Assembly: GCA_964373335.1 (NCBI GenBank)
Contig: CAYJUK010000001.1
Span: 719 to 61,964, forward strand
DNA length: 61,246 nucleotides
From: an uncultured Planctomycetales bacterium
GTDB taxonomy: Bacteria; Omnitrophota; Gorgyraeia; Zapsychrales; CAYJUK01
Reading direction: 5' to 3'
The position numbers and the translations under genes were made by a program. Below the pieces are notes generated by a model. That model saw nothing but the letters and a program-made list of their open reading frames with translations, had not been told where the DNA came from and ran no database searches. Positions 19,162 through 28,099 of the stretch are shown here, in pieces. The first letter of the stretch is position 1. Each line of letters begins with the position of its first letter.

Positions 19162-20292
19162 GTGCTCAATACAAAATTATTTGGTGAGGAAATGGAACAT
19201 CTGGGCTTTAAATTTTTTTCCGGGGTGCCCTGTTCCTTTCTGAAATATTTAATCAACTATGCCATAAATCATTTGCGGTATATTGCCGCGGCCAATGAAG
19301 GTGATGCCGTTGCGATTGCGGCCGGCGCGTATATCGGTGGAATGAAGTCAGTCGTGCTGATGCAGAATTCAGGTTTGACAAATGCATTATCACCATTGTC
19401 TTCGCTGATTTATCCCTTTCAGATTCCCTTGCTCGGTTTTGTCAGTCTGCGGGGAGAGGAATCTATTCAGGATGAACCACAACATGAACTGATGGGTAAA
19501 GTAACAGTATCTTTATTAGAAAAGATGGGAATATCGTGGGAATTTCTTTCAACGGATTTTTTAAAAGCCGGTGACCAGTTAAAGCGAGCCAGCCATTGTA
19601 TAGAAAATAATGAATCATTTTTCTTTATCATCAAGAAAGGAACTTTTCAAGAGGAAATTTTGACTCAACAGACCATACCGGATGCCCGCAATTGTGAAAA
19701 GATCATTCAATCGGGACCTTGTCAGCTGCCGACAAGGGTCGAGGCTTTAAAGGCCATTAATGGATGTAAGGATAGGAATACTGTCCTGCTGGCGACAACG
19801 GGACTGACCGGCAGGGAACTTTATGAAATCGATGACGCGGAAAATAATTTATATTTGGTGGGATCCATGGGATGTGTCAGCTCTTTAGGGTTAGGACTGG
19901 CGTTAGCCAGGCCACAGAAAGAGATCATTGCTATTGATGGAGACGGTTCACTCATCATGCGCATGGGATCATTGGCGACGAATGCAGCCTATCACCCGTC
20001 CAATATGCTGCATATTTTGTTGGATAACAATATTCATGACTCAACAGGCGGTCAGGATACGGCTGCTAAAAATATCAATTTTGTGGAAATAGCAGCTTCC
20101 TGCGGTTATCAGCGGGCATTGTATGCGCATAATTTATCCGAATTGACTCAGCAAATACATCTTTGGAAAAAAAGGATGGCCTTAACATTCCTCTACCTGA
20201 AAATTCGACCCGGGAGTCCCAAATATGTAGGACGCCCAAAAGCTAAACCGGTTGAGGTTAAAAACCGTTTAATGTTATTTTTAGAACGATGA
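19162..20292 (+). CDS. ppd: phosphonopyruvate decarboxylase (TPP-dependent)
   Basis: FFSGVPCSFLK N-terminal PYR domain, GSMGCVSSLGLGLALA, and the TPP motif IAIDGDGSLIMRMGSLAT..LDNN. About 375 aa as in AepY/Ppd. GTG start. Confidence 0.85.
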   Translation: MLNTKLFGEEMEHLGFKFFSGVPCSFLKYLINYAINHLRYIAAANEGDAVAIAAGAYIGGMKSVVLMQNSGLTNALSPLSSLIYPFQIPLLGFVSLRGEESIQDEPQHELMGKVTVSLLEKMGISWEFLSTDFLKAGDQLKRASHCIENNESFFFIIKKGTFQEEILTQQTIPDARNCEKIIQSGPCQLPTRVEALKAINGCKDRNTVLLATTGLTGRELYEIDDAENNLYLVGSMGCVSSLGLGLALARPQKEIIAIDGDGSLIMRMGSLATNAAYHPSNMLHILLDNNIHDSTGGQDTAAKNINFVEIAASCGYQRALYAHNLSELTQQIHLWKKRMALTFLYLKIRPGSPKYVGRPKAKPVEVKNRLMLFLER

Positions 20293-20306
20293 GAAGAACG
20301 ATGAGA
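20283..20306 (+). repeat. 12-bp perfect tandem duplication (agaacgatgaga x2) spanning the ppd stop codon
   Basis: Read directly: 20283-20294 equals 20295-20306. Confidence 0.9.
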
Positions 20307-20366
20307 ATAAAGCGGAACATCCTTAATGAGTCATCAAGGCCTTTGAGCGTTCTCTTGCGATGGTAG
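20289..20366 (+). other. 25-codon ORF (MRRTMRIKRNILNESSRPLSVLLRW) whose MRIKRNILN mimics the phnW N-terminus MRLKRNILLN; relic gene start or leader ORF
   Basis: Hand translation. The ATG at 20289 and its duplicate at 20301 overlap TGA stops in ATGA fashion. Confidence 0.4.
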
Positions 20367-20388
20367 TAGACAAACAGGATTAACCCCA

Positions 20389-21531
20389 ATGATGCGTTTG
20401 AAAAGAAATATTCTTCTGAATCCCGGACCAGCAACAACAACAGATTCGGTCAAAAGAGCCTTGCTGGTCCCTGATATCTGTCCGCGAGAAAAAGAATTTA
20501 CTAAACTTGTTACCGAGATCAGAAAAGATCTGGTGAAGGTCGCTGCGGGAGATAAAAGATACACCGCGGTGTTATTCTCTGGAGCGGGGACGGCAGCGAT
20601 GGAGGCATGCATGAGCTCTGTTGTTCCCCCAAATAAAAAAGTGGCCATTATTGTTAACGGGGCTTATGGAAAACGATTCGTCGAGATTGCAGAGACTTAT
20701 CAGCTGGAAACTGTTGTGATCCCGTTCCCATCCCATGAAATTCCCAATCTCAGAATCATTGAGGATGTCCTGAAGAAAGACCGGCAGATTCGGGTTTTGG
20801 CCATCATCCACCATGAGACCACAACCGGTCTTTTAAACCCTATTCGAGAAGTTGGGAAAATAGCCGCAAAATACCGCTGCACCTATATTGTGGATGCGAT
20901 GTCCAGTTTTGCCGGGATCCCAATTAATATTATTGATTGCGATATCGATTTTCTCATCTCTACTTCTAATAAATGTATCCAAGGGATGCCGGGTATTTCA
21001 TTTGTGATTGGCCGGATCGAGGCCCTGAATCGATTAGAAATGATTCCTCCCAGATCGTTTTACCTTAATCTTTATCAACAGTACCGTTTTCTGGAATTGA
21101 CTGGAGAGATGCAATTTACTCCCCCAGTGCAGGTCATCTATGCCTTGAAAAGGGCTATTCAAGAATATAGAACCGAAGGGGCATGGCATCGTTATCAAAG
21201 ATATTCTGAAAACTGGCTGACTTTGAGAAGAGGACTAGAAAAGTTGGGATTCAAATTCCTCCTGAATCAGGAGAATGAATCTCGTATCCTAACCACGGTT
21301 CATGAACCCCAGGACCCTAAATTCGATTTCCAGAAGTTCCATGATCAACTTTATAAAAAAGGTTATACCATCTATCCTGGGAAGTTGGGGGAGCTAAGGA
21401 CATTCCGTCTGGCCAATATGGGAGCCATAAACAAGAAGGATATTAAGAATTTTATGCGAGAAGTAGAAAAGGTCTTAAAAAAAATGGGCCTTCCGCTTAT
21501 TCAAAATAACGGGAAGGTGATTAGGGAATGA
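20389..21531 (+). CDS. phnW: 2-aminoethylphosphonate:pyruvate aminotransferase-type class V aminotransferase
   Basis: NILLNPGPATTTDSV N-terminus, IHHETTTGLLNP, and a PLP lysine in STSNKCIQGMPG. Adjacent to ppd. Confidence 0.82.
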   Translation: MMRLKRNILLNPGPATTTDSVKRALLVPDICPREKEFTKLVTEIRKDLVKVAAGDKRYTAVLFSGAGTAAMEACMSSVVPPNKKVAIIVNGAYGKRFVEIAETYQLETVVIPFPSHEIPNLRIIEDVLKKDRQIRVLAIIHHETTTGLLNPIREVGKIAAKYRCTYIVDAMSSFAGIPINIIDCDIDFLISTSNKCIQGMPGISFVIGRIEALNRLEMIPPRSFYLNLYQQYRFLELTGEMQFTPPVQVIYALKRAIQEYRTEGAWHRYQRYSENWLTLRRGLEKLGFKFLLNQENESRILTTVHEPQDPKFDFQKFHDQLYKKGYTIYPGKLGELRTFRLANMGAINKKDIKNFMREVEKVLKKMGLPLIQNNGKVIRE

Positions 21532-23636
21532 GTCGAGGAAACTTGCATCAACAAGAGAGGGCAGCTCATATTGGCTGGGTTGATACCCTGGGGACATATG
21601 TGCTGATCAAGATCCTTTGTCTCCACAGGCGGTATCGATTTAAGGAGGTCAATTATTTAACCATGAGTCCAAGGTGTCGATGGATTTTTTCCCGATGGTC
21701 AAAACATCCTTTGAAGTTTAAGCAAATCTTTCTTTCAGTCGAAGGATTGATGGCCAGTGATGAAAGGGTGACTACGGATAGAACTTTTTCTAATGTGAGT
21801 GAGCTCATTTACCGAAGCATCAAAACCGAAAGGTTTGTGGATAAGATGCTTGATCTCATTGATCCGCGGTATAACCGAAAGAAGATCGATCTTTATCTTA
21901 AGCAAGAAATTGCCGTTGAAATGAATAGTTATATGCTCGTTTTAGACTTTATTAAGCATTATTACCTCCCTCAGTCGCCTCATCCCAAGGCCCAACACCT
22001 GGTTTTCTTGAGAAGTGCTTATTGGCTGAAATATATCCGCGAGTTTTTTGGTGACCTGCCCGTCAGGATTATCCCCTATTTTAATATGATGGAAAAAATA
22101 AAGTTCGTTTTTGCATTTGTGAGGATTTTGGCCGAACTCGTTTTAAACCTCGGATTGATCCTCAGTGGAAAAGAACTTAAATTACAGGGAATCCCTCAGC
22201 AGCCCAAAATCGCTATAGCTCATCTGCAGGATTTTCATTTAGCAAGACGTTCTGATTTCTTCTGGCTTCCCGGGTCAGGGATAAAAATGCAAAATGTTCT
22301 TTTGTATTTTAAATATGCGAACCGGCCCGCTGATTCTGAGACCCTCCGGCATCTACGGATGGTGAATATCCCGTATATTAATCTTCTTCCTCTGAGGATT
22401 TCCTTAAAGAAGATCTTTGGAGGAACGGCGGAATTTAACAAGTTTCCCACTATGATTTATGTTCGTAAATGTCTCAGTACTTTTTGTGTTGCTATTCATC
22501 TATTCTTCTTCGCTTTAAGGCAGAGGGATAAGATTTATTTATCTCTTCTGACAAATTTGATTGATCTTTTAAATCAAGTTGATTTTTTTGAATCATTTTT
22601 TAAGACATACAAGGTTAAGGTCCATTTTGCCCTGCATGAAACTGGCCGGGATATGATCGCATCGAATATCGCTATGGAGTGCGTGGGGGGAGTGGATGTG
22701 GGTATGCATTGGTCCAGTTATGAGGTAATTCATTTAGCTTTAGGGAAGGTTCAAGATGTGCATTTTACCTGGGGACCGTTATATTACTCCAATTATTTTG
22801 ATAAACCCTATTACTTGGTTAAGAATTTTGTTTACACTGGTTACCCATTTGATCGATTCTTTAAATTAGGAGCCATTCAGGCCAGGCAATATCGAGATCT
22901 GTTATTACAGAATGGCGCCAAATTTATTATTTCGTATTTTGATCAAAGTAATAATGATGATCTGCCGTTATGGGATAAAGAGTTGGAGAATTTTTATCAA
23001 TGTCTTTTAGAGTTGGTGGTCAGGGATGAAAAATTTGGTCTTATTATTAAGCCAAAGAAAAGAAGTCCGGAGGGAAGAATGCCGAATCTTTCCAAATTTA
23101 TTCAAAAAGCGGTTTTAACGAGAAGATGCTTGATCCTGGATGCCCAAGTGTTTCCCAATGAAGCGGCTTTAGCCTCTGATCTGGCCGTTGCTATCCACGT
23201 GGCCAGTACACCGGCGGTAGAATCGGCCCTGGCAGGAATCTGTGCATTAACCTATGATCCCGAATCTCATTGGGAACACCCTTTTTATAAGCAAGGCTAT
23301 CGAAAGATCACATTTAACAATTTGGAGGAATTTTTTTCCGCTGTAGAGAAGATTCGAAATCAAACCGGGGATGCGAAGGAGATTGGGAATTATAATTTCC
23401 TTTTCCCGGGGATTGATCCTTTTAGAGATGGATGCGCCAGTCAAAGAATGGGACAGTACATGCACAGCCTGATCAAGTGCTTTGAGGAGGGACGAAATAA
23501 AGAGGAAGCGATCCTTTATGCAAATAAAATATATCAGGGAAAATGGGGAGAAAATGCTATCGTAAAGACATCTCAAAGAGAAGAAAAGGATCATGCCAGG
23601 GAAGGAATAAAAACAAAGGAAGCCTTAGTGAATTAG
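21528..23636 (+). CDS. uncharacterised 702-aa protein, paralogue of 30620; GT-B/TagF-like C-terminal half
   Basis: ATGA overlap with phnW. The C-terminal region aligns by eye with the 30620 product (IISYFDQSNNDD / IISVFDSTFNDN; GLIIKPKK / FIVLKEKK; VASTPAVESALAGICALTYDP / FTSTSLEALSIQKKAVWYDP). Has internal hydrophobic segments. Confidence 0.6.
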   Translation: MSRGNLHQQERAAHIGWVDTLGTYVLIKILCLHRRYRFKEVNYLTMSPRCRWIFSRWSKHPLKFKQIFLSVEGLMASDERVTTDRTFSNVSELIYRSIKTERFVDKMLDLIDPRYNRKKIDLYLKQEIAVEMNSYMLVLDFIKHYYLPQSPHPKAQHLVFLRSAYWLKYIREFFGDLPVRIIPYFNMMEKIKFVFAFVRILAELVLNLGLILSGKELKLQGIPQQPKIAIAHLQDFHLARRSDFFWLPGSGIKMQNVLLYFKYANRPADSETLRHLRMVNIPYINLLPLRISLKKIFGGTAEFNKFPTMIYVRKCLSTFCVAIHLFFFALRQRDKIYLSLLTNLIDLLNQVDFFESFFKTYKVKVHFALHETGRDMIASNIAMECVGGVDVGMHWSSYEVIHLALGKVQDVHFTWGPLYYSNYFDKPYYLVKNFVYTGYPFDRFFKLGAIQARQYRDLLLQNGAKFIISYFDQSNNDDLPLWDKELENFYQCLLELVVRDEKFGLIIKPKKRSPEGRMPNLSKFIQKAVLTRRCLILDAQVFPNEAALASDLAVAIHVASTPAVESALAGICALTYDPESHWEHPFYKQGYRKITFNNLEEFFSAVEKIRNQTGDAKEIGNYNFLFPGIDPFRDGCASQRMGQYMHSLIKCFEEGRNKEEAILYANKIYQGKWGENAIVKTSQREEKDHAREGIKTKEALVN

Positions 23637-23703
23637 TCAGCTCTATCTATGAACCAGGGGCTTTGGACTTTAGTCCGTGGTCCCTATCAATACAGGGAAG
23701 AAT

Positions 23704-24681
23704 ATGCTCAATGACAAAGTGATACTTATTACGGGAGGAACAGGATCATTCGGTCAGAAATTTACTGAAATTGTTCTGCAGAGATACCGGCCCAAAAAGC
23801 TCATTATTTTTAGCCGGGATGAGATGAAGCAGTATGAAATGCGTAAGAAATTTAATACCCCCAATATCCGTTATTTCGTTGGGGATGTCCGCGATATGGA
23901 CAGGTTACATAGAGCCTTCAATAAAGTGGATATCGTGGTTCATGCCGCTGCTTTGAAAATCGTACCAGCGGCGGAGTATGATCCCTTCGAAGCGGTTAAG
24001 ACAAATATTATTGGCGCGGAAAATGTGATTAATATCGCCTTGGATAATAAAGTGAAAAAGGTGATCGCTTTAAGCACGGACAAAGCCGCTAATCCGGTCA
24101 ACCTATACGGAGCCACAAAATTGTGCGCGGAAAAGTTATTTATTGCGGCCAACAACTATTCTGGAGACGCAAAAACTATTTTTAGTGTTGTCAGGTATGG
24201 AAATGTCTTTGGCTCCCGGGGAAGTGTTATTCATCATTTCCGGGAATGTGCAAAACAAGGATTGATTCCCATAACCCATGAAGAAATGACCCGTTTTTGG
24301 ATCACGTTATTTGATGGTGTTAACTTCGTTTTGAATTGTATCAAGGAAATGAAAGGGGCGGAGATCTTTATCCCCAAATTACCCAGCATGAAGATTCTCA
24401 ATTTGGCCAAGGCCTTATTTCCCCATATTAAGGTGAAGATCATCGGGATCCGTCCAGGGGAAAAACTCCATGAAACACTATTATCCTCAGACGATGGGAT
24501 TGATAGTTTTGAGTACGAGGATCAATTTGTCATTCGACCCAAGATTGCCGCTTTCGATAGACCCCAAAAGACCGCCGGGAAAAATCTAGGGATCAAATTT
24601 CGAGGATACCGCAGTGATAACAACACTCAGTGGTTAACCACTGAAGATTTAAAAAGGATCATTGCCGAGGAGAAGTTATAG
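23704..24681 (+). CDS. pseB: UDP-N-acetylglucosamine 4,6-dehydratase (inverting), PseB/FlaA1 type
   Basis: VILITGGTGSFGQKF and YGATKLCAEK (YxxxK). Start placed at the ATG at 23704 after AGGGAAG; the track GTG at 23677 is also possible. Confidence 0.88.
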   Translation: MLNDKVILITGGTGSFGQKFTEIVLQRYRPKKLIIFSRDEMKQYEMRKKFNTPNIRYFVGDVRDMDRLHRAFNKVDIVVHAAALKIVPAAEYDPFEAVKTNIIGAENVINIALDNKVKKVIALSTDKAANPVNLYGATKLCAEKLFIAANNYSGDAKTIFSVVRYGNVFGSRGSVIHHFRECAKQGLIPITHEEMTRFWITLFDGVNFVLNCIKEMKGAEIFIPKLPSMKILNLAKALFPHIKVKIIGIRPGEKLHETLLSSDDGIDSFEYEDQFVIRPKIAAFDRPQKTAGKNLGIKFRGYRSDNNTQWLTTEDLKRIIAEEKL

Positions 24682-24682
24682 G

Positions 24683-25834
24683 ATGTCAGTCCTCCCCTAC
24701 GGACGACAATCGATCGATGGAAATGATATTCAGGCTGTTGTTGAGGTGCTGAAGTCAAACTGGATCACTCAAGGGCCTCGGGTGGAATATTTCGAGGAGG
24801 CCTTGGCAAAATATTGCGGGGCCCGTTACGCTGTGGCTGTGTCTTCAGGAACTGCGGCTCTTCATTTGGCGTGTTTGGCTTTGAATTTAAAGAAAAATGA
24901 GGAGGCCATCACCTCCCCATTGACATTCCTATCGACGGCCAATGCCGTACTGTATGTGGGAGCAAAACCGGTTTTCGCGGATATCGATCCCCTGACCTTG
25001 AATATTGATTCTCAAGAGGTTTTAAAGCGTATCAACAAAAGGACCAGGATCCTGCTGCCAGTTCATTTCGCGGGGCGGCCGTGTGATATGGCATCACTGA
25101 ATCGCCTGGCCCAAAAAAATGGTTTACGGATCATTGAAGATGCCGCTCATGCCTTGGGGGCCCGATATAAAGTGGGTAACCAGTGGTACAAGGTGGGCAG
25201 TTGTCAGCATTCTGATATGACCATCTTCAGCTTTCATCCGGTTAAACACATCACCACGGGAGAAGGCGGGGCCATCACGACAAATGATCAATCCCTTTAT
25301 AAAAAGCTCCAGAGTTTGAGAGAACACGGGATTGTCAGAAATGATAAAAACAAAGTCGGCCCCTGGTATTATGAAATGAGATATTTGGGTTTAAACTATC
25401 GCATCACCGATTTTCAGTGCGCCTTAGGCTTATCACAGTTGAAACGATTAGATGACTTTGTAGAAAAAAGAAGATCGATCGCGGGGGAATATATCATTTC
25501 CTTTACGGAGAGACCGCAGGTCCGAATCATTCTGGAATCCAAAAATGTTTATGGGAGTTATCATCTGTTTGTCCTTTTGATCAATTTTGGAAAGATTAAA
25601 AGGACACGTAAAACGGTGATGCAGCACCTGCGCAAAAAAGGCATCTCGACTCAAGTCCACTATATCCCAATCTATCTGCAGCCTTATTATAGGAAGCTTG
25701 GTTATAAAACGGATGAGTTCCCAATGACAAACGCTTATTACCGGGAATGCTTGAGTATCCCTATTTATCCAGCGATGACGGAAGAGAACATTGCCAGGGT
25801 TATCCGGGAAATTTCGGATATCTTGGTGAATTAG
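24683..25834 (+). CDS. pseC: UDP-4-amino-4,6-dideoxy-N-acetyl-beta-L-altrosamine transaminase-type DegT enzyme
   Basis: LPYGRQSIDGNDIQAVVEVLKSNWITQGPRV N-terminus and a PLP lysine in FSFHPVKHITTGEGG. The ATG at 24683 lies 1 nt after the pseB stop. Confidence 0.86.
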   Translation: MSVLPYGRQSIDGNDIQAVVEVLKSNWITQGPRVEYFEEALAKYCGARYAVAVSSGTAALHLACLALNLKKNEEAITSPLTFLSTANAVLYVGAKPVFADIDPLTLNIDSQEVLKRINKRTRILLPVHFAGRPCDMASLNRLAQKNGLRIIEDAAHALGARYKVGNQWYKVGSCQHSDMTIFSFHPVKHITTGEGGAITTNDQSLYKKLQSLREHGIVRNDKNKVGPWYYEMRYLGLNYRITDFQCALGLSQLKRLDDFVEKRRSIAGEYIISFTERPQVRIILESKNVYGSYHLFVLLINFGKIKRTRKTVMQHLRKKGISTQVHYIPIYLQPYYRKLGYKTDEFPMTNAYYRECLSIPIYPAMTEENIARVIREISDILVN

Positions 25835-25882
25835 GGCTGTATTCCCAATCCCTCGTTTCATAAAATTTTGTAATTTCTAACC

Positions 25883-25915
25883 GGAGTTTGTTAAAGCGAT
25901 TTTTTAACAAACTCC
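25883..25915 (+). terminator. perfect 13-bp hairpin (GGAGTTTGTTAAA-gcgattt-TTTAACAAACTCC) downstream of pseC
   Basis: Arms at 25883-25895 and 25903-25915. No clean downstream T-tract, so it could be an attenuator, an RNA-stability element or a weak terminator. Confidence 0.4.
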
Positions 25916-25943
25916 TGCCGTGTAATTTTAATTTGCCCTGTAC

Positions 25944-27149
25944 ATGGAAAATCGATTTGAACGATACAAATATTTCGTCATACCCTGTTTTTGGGTGTGT
26001 TTAATTTTGGGAATAGAGATTTCCATTTCTTTATTTCAATTTATAAGGTACAAAAATGAAATAAAACCTTATTACGTCACTCCCATTTTAAGGCCGTTAG
26101 TACGACTATTTGTGGCTGAAGATTTTGTGCCCAGAACCATGTCAATGTATGAGTGGCCGTGGGATTATAAAACAGATCGAGCCCGTCCCGGATATTATCC
26201 TAATCCCCTAGATCCTCAATCTCCGCCTTATACGATTAATTCTTTCGGATTAAGAGGAAAGGAATTTCTCATTCCTAAGACTCAAGGGACATATCGTATT
26301 GTTGTCTACGGGGGTTCGACCACTTTTGGTTCTGAAAGTACCGATGATGAAACGTATCCGGCCCGTCTTGAACAAATATTGCGTCAACGGACAGGGAATC
26401 AGGATGTTGAAGTGATCAATTATGGTGCCCATAGTAAAAGCTTATACTGGATTGCACAACAATACTTTCGGGAGGTGAAAAGAATTGAACCCGATCTCAT
26501 TGTGATCAACAATATTCGTAATACTTTTTTTGATCAGACGCAGAAGTACACTCCTTACACAGACATTGTCACCCCCAATAAAGCGTATGTCCTGAAAGTT
26601 CATTTATTTCTCTCGGATCATTTATTGCTTTATAGATTTATGAGGCGAGCGATAGAAAAAATTCAGTTTTCTGCAGTTATGCATCCTTTTGTCAATCGAA
26701 AGGAAGGCTGGATGATCAAGGATGGGATGCTTGATGAGACATTACCCGGTTTTTTTAATGATTTATATCCTGGTGTCATTGAAGGTATCTATACGGATGC
26801 TAAGAAGCGCGGGATTAGGCTCATGTTGGTAATAGAACCGATCCGATGCGAACCTTGCATAGAAATCAAAGGTCCAACCTGTATGTGGGGAAAATGTTCT
26901 GATAAAGTGCCTCTTTATTATGATGCCTTTCGCCGAGCGATCAAAAAGATGCAGGAGCAATATCCGGATATTATAGTCTTAGACCCAGTTGAAGATATGA
27001 TTCGCTTAGCTGATCAAGAGCCTCATGCTCAGACTATTTTTTATGGCGCCTTGCATTTAACGCCAAAGGGAAATATGATTTTAGCTGATTTCATTGCCTC
27101 AAAGATTATGAGAGAGAAATTATTATTGGATGAATCAATAAGACCTTAA
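25944..27149 (+). CDS. membrane-anchored SGNH/GDSL-like hydrolase or acyl-esterase family protein
   Basis: N-terminal TM helix (FVIPCFWVCLILGIEISISLF), block I VVYGGSTTFGSES, and a block V-like GALHLTPKGN. Confidence 0.6.
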   Translation: MENRFERYKYFVIPCFWVCLILGIEISISLFQFIRYKNEIKPYYVTPILRPLVRLFVAEDFVPRTMSMYEWPWDYKTDRARPGYYPNPLDPQSPPYTINSFGLRGKEFLIPKTQGTYRIVVYGGSTTFGSESTDDETYPARLEQILRQRTGNQDVEVINYGAHSKSLYWIAQQYFREVKRIEPDLIVINNIRNTFFDQTQKYTPYTDIVTPNKAYVLKVHLFLSDHLLLYRFMRRAIEKIQFSAVMHPFVNRKEGWMIKDGMLDETLPGFFNDLYPGVIEGIYTDAKKRGIRLMLVIEPIRCEPCIEIKGPTCMWGKCSDKVPLYYDAFRRAIKKMQEQYPDIIVLDPVEDMIRLADQEPHAQTIFYGALHLTPKGNMILADFIASKIMREKLLLDESIRP

Positions 27150-27271
27150 TAGGGCAATGAGTTGTGTGATCCGACAGCATCCAAGGCCACGGGTTTTACC
27201 CGTTTAGTGTATACGGTACCCCGCCAACAGCGAAGCGGCGAAGTGTAGGTAACCCGGTATTTAGGGAAGGC

Positions 27272-28024
27272 ATGGCTATAACAACAGGGAAAGTGATCTG
27301 CATTATGCAGGCTCGGTTGAGTTCAACACGATTGCCCGGGAAGGTGATGAAAAGGATTTGCGATAAACCGGTGATTCAGCACATTTGGGAGAGATTAAAA
27401 TTGTCTCAGACCATTGATCAGATTGTTGTGGCTACGACAACAAATCCTAAGGATGAGGAAATTGTTGAACTCTGTTGTCATGAATCTTTACCCTTTTATC
27501 GAGGGAGTGAGGAAGATACCTTGTCAAGGTATTATGAAGCGGCTACTACTTTTGGCGGACAAATCATTGTGAGGGTCACCTCGGACTGTCCCCTGATCGA
27601 TCCTTTTATCCTTGATGCCATGATTCAGCTTTATAAGACCAGCCCGTACGCTTGCGTCTCCAACGCGGGTTTGAATCAAAGCCATAGGACGTTCCCCCGG
27701 GGTCTGGACGCGGAGATATTTGGTTATAATGTGTTAAAGGAGGCGCAGGAGAAATCCGATCAACCTTATCAAAGAGAACACGTTACTCCTTACATTTATG
27801 AACATTTCCCTAGTATTTATTATTATAAAAATGATATCGACTATTCTCATTATCGCTGGACCCTGGATACAAATGAGGATTTGGCTCTGATGGAAGCAAT
27901 TTATGAGGATCTTTATCACGGGAAACCAGATTTTTTTTTGAAAGAGATCTTAGCCCTCTTTAAGAAGAAACCTTGGTTACAAGAGATCAATAAAGATGTG
28001 ATTCAAAAGCAAATCAAACAGTAA
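27272..28024 (+). CDS. pseF: cytidylyltransferase of the SpsF/FlmC/PseF type (probable CMP-pseudaminic acid synthetase)
   Basis: ICIMQARLSSTRLPGKVMKRICDKPVIQHI and VRVTSDCPLIDP. Located inside the pse gene set. Confidence 0.75.
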   Translation: MAITTGKVICIMQARLSSTRLPGKVMKRICDKPVIQHIWERLKLSQTIDQIVVATTTNPKDEEIVELCCHESLPFYRGSEEDTLSRYYEAATTFGGQIIVRVTSDCPLIDPFILDAMIQLYKTSPYACVSNAGLNQSHRTFPRGLDAEIFGYNVLKEAQEKSDQPYQREHVTPYIYEHFPSIYYYKNDIDYSHYRWTLDTNEDLALMEAIYEDLYHGKPDFFLKEILALFKKKPWLQEINKDVIQKQIKQ

Positions 28025-28099
28025 TGAGTTCAATGTCAAACTCTTGTCAGATAACCCGAGAGTTCATTGAGCAATGATCTTGAGGACGGATGTGAGTTG

